64,000 bases of DNA from positions 545 through 64,544 of the IMG/VR virus record IMGVR_UViG_3300025141_014484; one strand, 5' to 3'. Shown one piece after another: positions 27,296 through 36,866 of this stretch (its first letter is position 1; the number at the start of each line of letters is the position of its first letter). Made by a program: the position numbers and the translations under genes. The notes below the pieces were generated by a model. That model was not told the origin of the DNA and searched no databases. It saw only the letters and a program-made list of their open reading frames with translations. This DNA is from a virus. Lineage: Duplodnaviria > Caudoviricetes.

Positions 27296-27588
27296 ATCTT
27301 GATGAATATTTAGAGGAGACCACCAAAAATATTCGAGAGGACCGCGCGATGGCAAAGACTCTTCTTATGGATGTTATGTCTGACATGAAGTTATCCTCCG
27401 CGGAGCGCCGTGAGATGGGCCCAATAGCAGCAAAGTTTATCGAAGGACTACAGCGCTCAAACGAACAGATGGTAAAGTTAGCTTCCATTCTGCAGAGACA
27501 AAAAACAAATCAGTTGGGCCTTACTGGCGAAGATAAAGAACAAATATTTGATTTGCTAAATGGAGGAAGTGACGATGGCGAACACTGA
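27274..27588 (+). CDS. Hypothetical helical protein (104 aa)
   Basis: Overlaps both neighbours in the operon; coiled-coil-like LQRSNEQMVKLA. Confidence 0.7.
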   Translation: MAKRRNLNLDEYLEETTKNIREDRAMAKTLLMDVMSDMKLSSAERREMGPIAAKFIEGLQRSNEQMVKLASILQRQKTNQLGLTGEDKEQIFDLLNGGSDDGEH

Positions 27589-28948
27589 AGGAGCAGCGGC
27601 CGCTGAAACCAACGGCCTTGAGGAACTCGTAGTTAAATATTCTGGTGAACGTGAAGCAGCTGCAAATGCTTCTTATGGCAAATCTATTGACACGAGGTTT
27701 GAAACTCCCTTTAATATTGTTTCTGAAGGAGTTAGAAGCTCTTTCGTGGATAGTATACTTGGTTCCAGTGATACAATAGAGGGCATCGTATTGAGGGTTG
27801 ATGAACCCCTGCAAGTAGCACCTTCGGATCCTGCCTCTACTCCTGATGCTGGCCTTATGGCCTCATTGATGAATCTCCTAGGACTAAAAGACAAAGTTAC
27901 TATGGCCAATTGTCGTGTCTTGGTTCTCAAAACCAAGCACACAGAACTAATGCCCATCCCCAAAACTTACGATGAGACGGTTGAGGATTTTGAGATTATT
28001 GGTAAATATCCTCTGTTTGCCTATAGTCCTGAAATTACCCCCATCCCAACACCGGGCACATGGATTCGTGGAGTCTTTAATCTAAAAACTTATAGGTCTG
28101 GAGTTATTACCGAAACCTTAAGTCGAGAGGCTCAAACACTTAAAGCACCAGCTTCGCCCCTCGCAGGTCTTTTTACTAACCCCTTTAATATAACTGACAC
28201 TGGAGGCCTAGGAAGCTCCCCGTCATTCGGCGGAGAGACCCCCAACGCCAATCGTTTGAGGTTTATGATGAACCAATTGTCGAACGAAACCGGTACCGGC
28301 GCTATAATAAGAGAAAAGGTTAAAATAGCCGGCGTTGGAAGGGACGAGATAGCTTCAGCAGATGGAAAATACGGAGAAAGCCAAACCGTAGGAGAAATTT
28401 CAAACGGCGGGGATATAACTCGAGAGATGGAACGCGCAGCCTCTACACTGCTCCAGGCACTCGTCAAAAATATACCTGAACTTACGAAAATACGAGTTGT
28501 TGGGGGAAACGATATCTACCATTGGGATATTATTAAGAAGAAGGGCGGCTATAAGAGTCGCCACTGCTACGGCCGCGGAGTGGATATTACAGTCCACCCA
28601 AACACCCCTGCTATTATTGCTAAGACAGAAATGATCTGCAGAAGCCTGTGCGCCGGCTCAGCTCCTAATTTTAGATATTTAAACGAGTATACCAATCCTA
28701 CGAAGTTTGCCTCCGGGGATCACTTTCATTTCTCGTGGGGTGTCGGGACGGAAGCACAGAATAATCTAGATACATCTTTGGCCATGGCCGCGGCCGGCCA
28801 ACTTAAAGCCATTTCCATAGACACCGGAGTGGAAATCGTAGATGTTCCTGACCCGTTCTCGCCAGAAGAGCCCTCTGAGGGCGGCTCTAGTTCTATCGAC
28901 GACCCGGCCCCCGGCGCCGGCGGACCCCCGTGGGACCAACCAGGATGA
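27575..28948 (+). CDS. Putative baseplate hub/tail-associated lysin with C-terminal peptidase M15-like domain
   Basis: SRHCYGRGVDI and DHFHFS match the H-x6-D...H zinc ligands of M15 peptidases; GGAGG RBS; first gene of the baseplate block. Confidence 0.6.
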   Translation: MANTEGAAAAETNGLEELVVKYSGEREAAANASYGKSIDTRFETPFNIVSEGVRSSFVDSILGSSDTIEGIVLRVDEPLQVAPSDPASTPDAGLMASLMNLLGLKDKVTMANCRVLVLKTKHTELMPIPKTYDETVEDFEIIGKYPLFAYSPEITPIPTPGTWIRGVFNLKTYRSGVITETLSREAQTLKAPASPLAGLFTNPFNITDTGGLGSSPSFGGETPNANRLRFMMNQLSNETGTGAIIREKVKIAGVGRDEIASADGKYGESQTVGEISNGGDITREMERAASTLLQALVKNIPELTKIRVVGGNDIYHWDIIKKKGGYKSRHCYGRGVDITVHPNTPAIIAKTEMICRSLCAGSAPNFRYLNEYTNPTKFASGDHFHFSWGVGTEAQNNLDTSLAMAAAGQLKAISIDTGVEIVDVPDPFSPEEPSEGGSSSIDDPAPGAGGPPWDQPG

Positions 28949-29928
28949 TAAAAACAAACAAATATTTTAAGCCGGAGACAATCCCTTCTACGGTGCCTCT
29001 TAAACGAGTTAGCTCAAAAGTGCGAAAAGAGTTCCGTTCCGAAGGAATTACCGGCTTTCCTGGACGTAGCGGCTTCGCTCATTCTCCCACTTTAGGCCCG
29101 GTGCCCACTTTGAACCTAGGGACTGGTGCTAAAGTATTTAAAAACGACTCTCTTAATGCTTATATAAAATTTGATAATGATAGTATTACAGAAGAAGGCG
29201 AGTCTAGCCTTGCGAAAGGATACGGCGGCATCGGTATTTCATCTCCTACAATTGATATCGCAGTGGGCATCGGCGGTGCATATGCTCGTGAGGAAGATGA
29301 TCAGGGCGAAAGACTACTAGCTAACGCAAACAACAAGATTGATGCAGCTAGACTCTATATTACCGCAATGTCTGATTCTGACGCTGCTTTTAGTTTGCCG
29401 GAAGGAAAGGTCGGCGATATGCGCGCCATGTCGGCTGTTGCTATGGGAGCAGATGCCGTACGGCTCGCCTCGTGGGGCGAAGGCGGTGTTAAAATTGTCG
29501 CTAATCCCCGACCGCGTAGCAATAGACCAGGAAGTAACAGAAATATAGAGACACCCGGTATTGATCTTATTGTTGGAGACGGAGAAGACTTGCAGCCGGT
29601 CCCAAAAGGTACCAACTTGCTAGAGTGTCTTGCGGTGATGAGTAAAGAAATAGATGATAATAGAGAACTTTTTAGTAAGTTCGTCAGATCGCAAGGGGAG
29701 TATAATGATAAAATTTTAATGCATAGTCATAATAGTGCCTTTTTTAATCTTCCGGGTGCACCGGCGTATAACGTTATGTTTGCTGGTTTTAAACAAATGT
29801 TTGATAGAGTTGCAGATGTCGAGGCTGGCTGCATTCAAAGTATCGTGAAAAAAGCAAGTAACAATAGCAACTACTTTAATCCACTTAATGAAAAATACAT
29901 TTTGAGTGCATTGGTGCACTCATCGTAA
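28945..29928 (+). CDS. Putative baseplate spike/gp5 C-terminal-like protein
   Basis: DAARLYI, ADAVRL..GGVKIV, LQPVPKG.NL, HSH near the C-terminus; sits between the lysin and gp25. Confidence 0.45.
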   Translation: MIKTNKYFKPETIPSTVPLKRVSSKVRKEFRSEGITGFPGRSGFAHSPTLGPVPTLNLGTGAKVFKNDSLNAYIKFDNDSITEEGESSLAKGYGGIGISSPTIDIAVGIGGAYAREEDDQGERLLANANNKIDAARLYITAMSDSDAAFSLPEGKVGDMRAMSAVAMGADAVRLASWGEGGVKIVANPRPRSNRPGSNRNIETPGIDLIVGDGEDLQPVPKGTNLLECLAVMSKEIDDNRELFSKFVRSQGEYNDKILMHSHNSAFFNLPGAPAYNVMFAGFKQMFDRVADVEAGCIQSIVKKASNNSNYFNPLNEKYILSALVHSS

Positions 29929-29941
29929 GAGTAAAAAATCT

Positions 29942-32900
29942 ATGCCGTTAGAGAACTTAAGAAACTGGTACAATCGTCGGGTTGAGAAGCCATATGAGCA
30001 CACTCATGATATGGGCGACGTCTTCCATATTAATTTAGAGACAACACCGGCTACCCTATCTACGGCACAACAGTCGGCCGTCGACGAACAACTTAAAACA
30101 CAAGGCGCCAATTTAATATTAAATTATTATGGAAAAGTTTCCCTCGCAGAATCTGGAACCCTTCAGCTTTCTGATGTCTCTATAGACGAGAGATACGTCC
30201 CTAAACGTGCCTATAGCAGCCCCATTGTTCAGGTGACAATAAGCAAACAATTGGTAGAGGACGAAGAAGATATACTTTTAGGCGACAATCTTTCAGGGGA
30301 GGAAGTATTAATAAATACCAAAGCTATTAAACCCTTTCTCACACATATTACGACATCGTTTAAAATATATCAACAACAATTAAAATTTTTTAATGGTTCA
30401 ATCCAGCCACATATAAATTTTTTGGACCTACTGGATAAAGTAAAAACCTTTTTTGAAAATCTTGAAAATTATGTTTCCTTTAATGGATATAAGCTGAGTG
30501 AGTATAAGTCTATAAGAATTGCTTTTACAAGTGCTTATAAAGTAAGTGGTATAATTTTAGTTGCTCCTGATCTCAGCCTCACCCCTCTTGCTAAAGGAAA
30601 CGATTATTATTTTTCTACACTCAAGCAAGGAGGTAATTCGTTTGTAAACGAAATAGTATCTAATTTTGATTCAATATTTCTTAATAGAAAAAGCCAAATA
30701 AACTGGACGCAATTTTTGGGCAACTTCATGCCAAATTCTCAAATAGACGTAAACTATTATGGGAAACCAAGAACAGAAACCCTCGCCGACGAAATGAGAA
30801 AACAAGATGAGGATAGCGATTTCGGACCAGCCGGCATCTCGCCGGCCCAGAAAAAAGCAAACGAAAGAATACAAAAAGATCACAACAATATTCTCCGAGC
30901 CTTTGACGAGGCGCAAAAGTCATTGGAGAAATCCTCCGAAACACTAGACAAGAGGCTTAGTAAAATTGTAGCCAAGATGGAAGAGATCACCGGCGAAGTC
31001 GACCGAGTTCTGCTGATAATGGAGAAATATAATATTACTACTCTTATTGAAGCAGCGCTGGAATGTATGCTGTATAAGAGTGGTTTTGATGGCGCGATGC
31101 CAGACTTCATGCCGGGAGTAAGCCCCTTTGATCCCAATCCTCCTAAATTTTCAATAAAGTTCCCGCCCCTACCAGAGATCAAGTTTCCCCCTATTATTAA
31201 TATTAATAAGGAGCTTCAGATTCAAATTGAAGAAGGTCTTAAAAGGGCCGCGCTATCCGCCGTGATGTCTGTTATCCAAACTATTGCAGAGCTGATAAAA
31301 GAGCTATGTCTTAAGGAGATAGAAGAGACCGGAACGGCCCCAATTCCTGATATTATCGAGCAATTTTTAAATGATGGAGTCCCAACCGAAACAATGTATG
31401 ATTGCTTTGCTGATTTTGGATTTTTAGGCACCCCATCAGATCCGGTTTATGAAACACCGGCCGGAAGTTCTACCTATCAAACATTGTTTATTTTTTTGGA
31501 AGCGGTCTCACCGCTTATAACACCGAGAGAACTGTGCGATCTTTTTAATGGAACGGCATCTGATGATGTTTTGCAGGTGATCAGCAATTTAATTGATGTA
31601 GATTACCCCGATATGCGTATGCATTTTCCTGATAACGAAGCGGTAGAACAATTCTTTATATGTCTCGGCAGCCTGATGGGCCCACAGTACTGCGAAGAAG
31701 TATATAATAATCTTAGTCCAGAAATTCCGGATATAGATCCGTGTACTATAGAAGATCTGCAACCATTTCAGGATATCGTTGATCTCTTGGAAAATATCGA
31801 GCTTTATGCAACTCCCGATATGTCCTGCGGCGCTGGCATTGTCCCCGCGCTAGCTGAGATTGAATCCTATAACAGCGCCGTCACCCGATTGATAGATTCG
31901 CTCACTGCCCCGGTCCAGCAAGCTTTTGTTAATGATTTGGGCAACTACAAGGCGATCATAACTCAGCCAGATCCCTTGTCAGCAAAAGACCAGAAGAGGG
32001 TAAGAGATTACCAGGAACAATTAGGCAATTCGCAAAGCATGCAGGACGGCGATACGGCCGCGTCGCCGGCCGGCAAGGCCTTCTTAAAAGGACTGATTCC
32101 GGATACTTTACAAAACGAATTTGGATCAATGATGCAAATTGGACAAACCCTATCTAATTTAGCCGACAACACAGCTACAACGAATTTAAATAATATTTTA
32201 AACAGTCGCACCTTCCGAGTCGCCCCAGAGACCAAAGAATTCTATGAAAATATAGAAGACAACTTTTTAACTTCCCGACTATTTGACGACGATTATGCGG
32301 CGATCGCTAACGATCCACAAAATGCCGCAAAATATTATTCATTTCTTACGTCGATAATTCTTAAAGCAGACAATGCCTTCACAGACTATGGTCGCACTAT
32401 ATCATATATTATGATGGGACGCCCCTTCGACGATATCATAAAAATATATGATATGCCGTTGCCCTCAAGTGTCCCACAGCCTTCCGAGGACTTGGATTAT
32501 GATTTCGCCGGCCTTGAGACAGGCATACAGCCTGCGTACTTGCGATCCGAGGAGGCCAAAGACTTCAGAGACGTGGTTACGAACTTCGCGACCGCCGTAA
32601 CCGGGAACGACAAAACACCTCTTACGGCAGACTTCATTACCAAACTTTATCCCTTTGCATATTTTTCTTTGATTAATTCTTTTGCATATCAGATAGCAAC
32701 CTCTGAACTGTTTGATACCGAAAAGATGAATAGTTTATCTTTATTCCCAAAATTATGTCAGGATGGATCAATCAGTAATGCTGATTTGTTGGATATTGAG
32801 AAAATTAAACAAGAATCGTTGCAGGAATTTGTTGATAACTCTTGTGTTGATAGAGAATTTGAATTAGGCCCCGTCCGAGATGCCGCTATCTTGGCACTAG

Positions 32901-35900
32901 TAAATGTTTATCTGCAGACCGCGATCGCAGATCTCATGTTAAAGAATATTTTTATAGTTGAAAAATTTGGTGTTTCTTACCTGGGCAATAATACAAATAT
33001 TGTTAACGAACTCCTTAGGCAGATGACCAACGAATTTCTTGTTTATTATGGCGGCTCCTCACTCTCGTATGGTGAGTCTTATAGTTTCCCTGGTATAGTA
33101 AAAAAGGCCGCGGCAGTCACAGTTAAAAAGATAATAGATCGCGACCCTGCAGGCTTTAGATATCCAATAACGGGAGATCTCACAAATCAAAATCAGATTG
33201 ATTTAATAGAAGCTAATACTAATTTCGCGAGTGTAGATATTACTAGTGTTACATTGCAAGATATAGCCGTAAGATATTTATTTGAAAAGAGATTGATGGA
33301 GACTCAAGAAATAGTAAAAGAATTTTTTAAGGTTAAAGGCTCCAATACAATTGAAAACTATCTATTGGAGGGTATCCCTTATGGTAATATCCCCGATTTC
33401 GAGAACCTTAATCTCCCGACCGGCTGGAGTACAGTATCGGACAGCCTAGACAGCGTCGCCGATAAATCAACCAATCGTAGATATATCACAAAAAACAACA
33501 ACCCCACGGGCCGCTGGAGTTTCGAGGCCTTCTTTACGGCCTTTGATTATCTAAGGGGCGGCGAAGAATTTTTTCAAAAATGGGCAGAAGACATTACCAC
33601 GCTGCACCAAGCGGTCGACAAGTCTTCGCTCGCCAAAGAAATAGACTCTTATATGAAATATGGCGCCTTCTTGGCAGAGAAATATATTGAAGTAGATTAT
33701 TCTCGCGACCGGTTGCAGGATTTAATAGATGAAGCGAACGCGTCCCCTATTACAGCTTTCGCTCCTATTTTGGAAGCAGTTAAAGACTTTTTTGATGATC
33801 AAACCCCGCTTAGTTCAACATCAACAACCGGGCAGGCTGAGGGCAATACATCCATGGATGTTGGCGTCAGCTTCGCTAGCCCCGACGGCCCTGCCGCAAC
33901 GACCTCCCCCCAATCTACCGGATCTTCGAAAAGATATATTTTAAGCTTTGATGCTTTTTCAAATGCTATTGAAATAATCATGGAGCTTTTAACTGTTGCT
34001 GAATCTATGAAGAATGGCGGCTCTTTCCCGGTTCCTTTTGCGCTGCGAGGGCGCGATGCTCAATGGTGGTCCAAGTACTATTGGCCCGCCGGCGATGGCA
34101 ACTCTTCGAACCCGTGCAACGCCCTCGGGACTCACGACGTCCCACCCGGGTTCGACACCGCCCGTGGCTTATTCATTCAATTCTCATCAGAGGACGAGGA
34201 TTGGGGGATAGGCGACAACGGCTCCGATCCCAGAAAACTTTCAGACTATGCCCTCATTAGAAATTGGGTGAAAGATGTTCAGGGATCGAACCGGCCGCCT
34301 TATCTGTCGGATGTTCCCGTCGCCAACAAGTCCCGTTTCTCCTGCGAGGACATCCCCAGCAGAACATTCGAAACTCCGATTCGAGAAATACGTCATGTGG
34401 ATAAGTTCGGCGAGTTTGACTTCGATTCACCGACGTCAGAATGGGGAGGTGAATTCACGAAACTTAAAGTTAGAGCGCTTAAGGGAATGATCAGCAAAGG
34501 CCTGCTCGAGGATCCTGATGCGATGGTGGATAGGCTCACCGATGCCCATGGCAACGTCGCTCCGCACACTTTCAACGAGATCAACGCCTGGGGCCATGGC
34601 AGCGGCGAGAACGAGTGGGCTTATGAAGAGCTACTTGTATATAGTCTTAAGAAGCCGACGATGACGATGGAACACGGCGGCGCGCACAAGGGCGGTTCAA
34701 CTTACGCAGGCTACGGCCGGGTCGTCTTTGAGTCAAAAAGTTTTTATGTACTTGTGCGCGCAGAGACCCCCTTTTGGGCTCAAAAGGGGGCCGGCTTCAG
34801 CGTGACCACCGAACATCACCTAGAAGAGATTGTTAACTTTTATGTTTATTTGGTTCTCAAGAAGAAGAGTCTCCTTAGCGAGACAAACTCCAACATAGCT
34901 CTTGCCAAGGGTTACAACGCCTATTCTCCGTTCATGGACTTTGAGAATGCCGTGGTGGCCAACGAATCAGAAGATTATCGCGAAAACTTTAATCTTATGA
35001 AAGCGATTTTTAATCAATTTCCAACAGAGGCCGACCTAATGGATGGCTTGAGTGAACTGATAATGGGGGAATCACTTACTGAAAATACATCAACCTCTTT
35101 CGGTCGATTCGCAGCTGACGACGATGACGATACCACAGCCGATACCAGTGTGGGCTACGCCGGGCCCGGTTCCGAAACCGCGGTCGACGACGACGACCCA
35201 GACCTCCTTGACCTTCCGGATGTCCCCGAGAATTCCTATTTGAAAGACTTTATGAAATCTATTTTTCCAGGAGTCAGGATGATGACCAGATTAGCCTATA
35301 TGACCCCGGCCTCTCCAACAGCTCATTTCCATACTTATGACGCCTCCGAAGACTCTGCAGCAGCCCCAATTAGTAATTTTATGCTAACATACGAAGAGAA
35401 TGTTAAAAGATACAAATCCTTCTTTATCTATGGGGGAGGCGGCGCGGGAGCCGGCGCCGCTTTTGCTCATATAGCCACGGACAAAAAGGCCTCTGTCAAT
35501 CTAACTGACATTTTGTTTGAACAAAATGAATTTCAAAAGTTTATTAACAGTGGTGGCGGTTCAAATAGCTTTCCTCACTTTATTGATGATCTGTTTAAGA
35601 AGAAGAAACTCACACTAGCCCGGGCCATGGCATCCCAAACAGAGGATATTTTCGGACCGGGCAAGATGGTTGACCTAGATAGGATTCTACAATACCTTTA
35701 TATTACTGGGGAGCTTAAAACTTATTATAGTTTGTTTATAGGGCAAGACAAGGATATATTTGTTGACACTAAACAAACCATAATCTTGGCCCTTCAAGCC
35801 GCCTTTGGCGAAGAATCTTCTGACTGTGCCCCAGGAGACTTGGATAATGCTTTATTAAATGGCGCCATCTCGGCTGCCACTCCACTCGCGAATATAGGCA

Positions 35901-36406
35901 CCTCTATGGCTAATAAGATGCTTAAAGAAACCCCTTACTATATTTTGAAGGGCATCGTGGAAATTTGCGAGCCTCATGTTATTATTAGTAAAAAGATAAA
36001 AGAAGTGTCGGCGTTTGTATTCGACCAGATGGCCAAAGGCCTCGACATGGCCCAGATGGGCGCCACCGCGGGCACCGCCATGGCCGCCCTAGGTGCAGGT
36101 CAAATTCGAGAGGACTGCGGCGACGAGATAACAGACGATGGGGAGACCATAACACCAGTTGATTTACCAGATATGGATCAAATCATTCGACTCATAAATA
36201 CAGGGATAAACGAAAAGTATCCAGCTCTCCTTCCACCAGAGTTCAAACCAAGTGTAGCCAGAACTGGTATAGACCTCGAAGGCACCCTCCCCTACTCATT
36301 TATTGTTCCTCCACTGACTCCTTTTGGAATTTTATACTTAATTCTTAAATTAGCCGATTTTGGTACTACGCCGCTAGAAGTAGAAGCCTGTGTTGATAAT
36401 GATTAA
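29942..36406 (+). CDS. Very large putative virion structural protein (~2150 aa)
   Basis: Uninterrupted acidic ORF within the baseplate block; no recognisable catalytic motif. Confidence 0.7.
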   Translation: MPLENLRNWYNRRVEKPYEHTHDMGDVFHINLETTPATLSTAQQSAVDEQLKTQGANLILNYYGKVSLAESGTLQLSDVSIDERYVPKRAYSSPIVQVTISKQLVEDEEDILLGDNLSGEEVLINTKAIKPFLTHITTSFKIYQQQLKFFNGSIQPHINFLDLLDKVKTFFENLENYVSFNGYKLSEYKSIRIAFTSAYKVSGIILVAPDLSLTPLAKGNDYYFSTLKQGGNSFVNEIVSNFDSIFLNRKSQINWTQFLGNFMPNSQIDVNYYGKPRTETLADEMRKQDEDSDFGPAGISPAQKKANERIQKDHNNILRAFDEAQKSLEKSSETLDKRLSKIVAKMEEITGEVDRVLLIMEKYNITTLIEAALECMLYKSGFDGAMPDFMPGVSPFDPNPPKFSIKFPPLPEIKFPPIININKELQIQIEEGLKRAALSAVMSVIQTIAELIKELCLKEIEETGTAPIPDIIEQFLNDGVPTETMYDCFADFGFLGTPSDPVYETPAGSSTYQTLFIFLEAVSPLITPRELCDLFNGTASDDVLQVISNLIDVDYPDMRMHFPDNEAVEQFFICLGSLMGPQYCEEVYNNLSPEIPDIDPCTIEDLQPFQDIVDLLENIELYATPDMSCGAGIVPALAEIESYNSAVTRLIDSLTAPVQQAFVNDLGNYKAIITQPDPLSAKDQKRVRDYQEQLGNSQSMQDGDTAASPAGKAFLKGLIPDTLQNEFGSMMQIGQTLSNLADNTATTNLNNILNSRTFRVAPETKEFYENIEDNFLTSRLFDDDYAAIANDPQNAAKYYSFLTSIILKADNAFTDYGRTISYIMMGRPFDDIIKIYDMPLPSSVPQPSEDLDYDFAGLETGIQPAYLRSEEAKDFRDVVTNFATAVTGNDKTPLTADFITKLYPFAYFSLINSFAYQIATSELFDTEKMNSLSLFPKLCQDGSISNADLLDIEKIKQESLQEFVDNSCVDREFELGPVRDAAILALVNVYLQTAIADLMLKNIFIVEKFGVSYLGNNTNIVNELLRQMTNEFLVYYGGSSLSYGESYSFPGIVKKAAAVTVKKIIDRDPAGFRYPITGDLTNQNQIDLIEANTNFASVDITSVTLQDIAVRYLFEKRLMETQEIVKEFFKVKGSNTIENYLLEGIPYGNIPDFENLNLPTGWSTVSDSLDSVADKSTNRRYITKNNNPTGRWSFEAFFTAFDYLRGGEEFFQKWAEDITTLHQAVDKSSLAKEIDSYMKYGAFLAEKYIEVDYSRDRLQDLIDEANASPITAFAPILEAVKDFFDDQTPLSSTSTTGQAEGNTSMDVGVSFASPDGPAATTSPQSTGSSKRYILSFDAFSNAIEIIMELLTVAESMKNGGSFPVPFALRGRDAQWWSKYYWPAGDGNSSNPCNALGTHDVPPGFDTARGLFIQFSSEDEDWGIGDNGSDPRKLSDYALIRNWVKDVQGSNRPPYLSDVPVANKSRFSCEDIPSRTFETPIREIRHVDKFGEFDFDSPTSEWGGEFTKLKVRALKGMISKGLLEDPDAMVDRLTDAHGNVAPHTFNEINAWGHGSGENEWAYEELLVYSLKKPTMTMEHGGAHKGGSTYAGYGRVVFESKSFYVLVRAETPFWAQKGAGFSVTTEHHLEEIVNFYVYLVLKKKSLLSETNSNIALAKGYNAYSPFMDFENAVVANESEDYRENFNLMKAIFNQFPTEADLMDGLSELIMGESLTENTSTSFGRFAADDDDDTTADTSVGYAGPGSETAVDDDDPDLLDLPDVPENSYLKDFMKSIFPGVRMMTRLAYMTPASPTAHFHTYDASEDSAAAPISNFMLTYEENVKRYKSFFIYGGGGAGAGAAFAHIATDKKASVNLTDILFEQNEFQKFINSGGGSNSFPHFIDDLFKKKKLTLARAMASQTEDIFGPGKMVDLDRILQYLYITGELKTYYSLFIGQDKDIFVDTKQTIILALQAAFGEESSDCAPGDLDNALLNGAISAATPLANIGTSMANKMLKETPYYILKGIVEICEPHVIISKKIKEVSAFVFDQMAKGLDMAQMGATAGTAMAALGAGQIREDCGDEITDDGETITPVDLPDMDQIIRLINTGINEKYPALLPPEFKPSVARTGIDLEGTLPYSFIVPPLTPFGILYLILKLADFGTTPLEVEACVDND

Positions 36407-36425
36407 TAAAGATAATTATTTCTTA

Positions 36426-36435
36426 CTATTTATAG
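36426..36435 (+). promoter_or_regulatory. Putative phage late-promoter motif (CTATTTA)
   Basis: ACTATTTATAG in the intergenic gap, 27 nt before the gp25 ATG. Confidence 0.55.
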
Positions 36436-36452
36436 TGAGGTAATAACTTATC

Positions 36453-36854
36453 ATGATTGGATACTCACCAAAATTTCCTTTACAACTTGATAATTATGTA
36501 GGGGCTTATAGTTTAAACACTACTCTTTTAGCGGTAGCAAAGCAGAATTTTATGAACGTATTGTTGACATCCCCCGGCGAAAGGTTGATGGATCAAGATT
36601 TTGGTGTTGGACTGCGTCAGTATTTATTTGAACCAAATACACCAAGCCTACATGCTTCTATCGCAACCAACATACAGAAACAAGTAGGCAAGTATACTCC
36701 GTATATTCAGTTAGGTACTATCCTATTTAATCAAAGTAAGTTACTTAATGGTTTCGAAGACCAAATTTTAGAGGTATCGCTCACTTTTTCTGTTCCTTCT
36801 ACCGGAGCAGAGAGTGAAACAGTAATAATTGGCGAAGGCGCCTCTGCTTTATAG
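36453..36854 (+). CDS. Baseplate wedge subunit, gp25/GpW-like
   Basis: KQNFMNVLLTSPGERLMDQDFGVGLRQYLFEP. Confidence 0.9.
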   Translation: MIGYSPKFPLQLDNYVGAYSLNTTLLAVAKQNFMNVLLTSPGERLMDQDFGVGLRQYLFEPNTPSLHASIATNIQKQVGKYTPYIQLGTILFNQSKLLNGFEDQILEVSLTFSVPSTGAESETVIIGEGASAL

Positions 36855-36866
36855 GAACACATCAAT

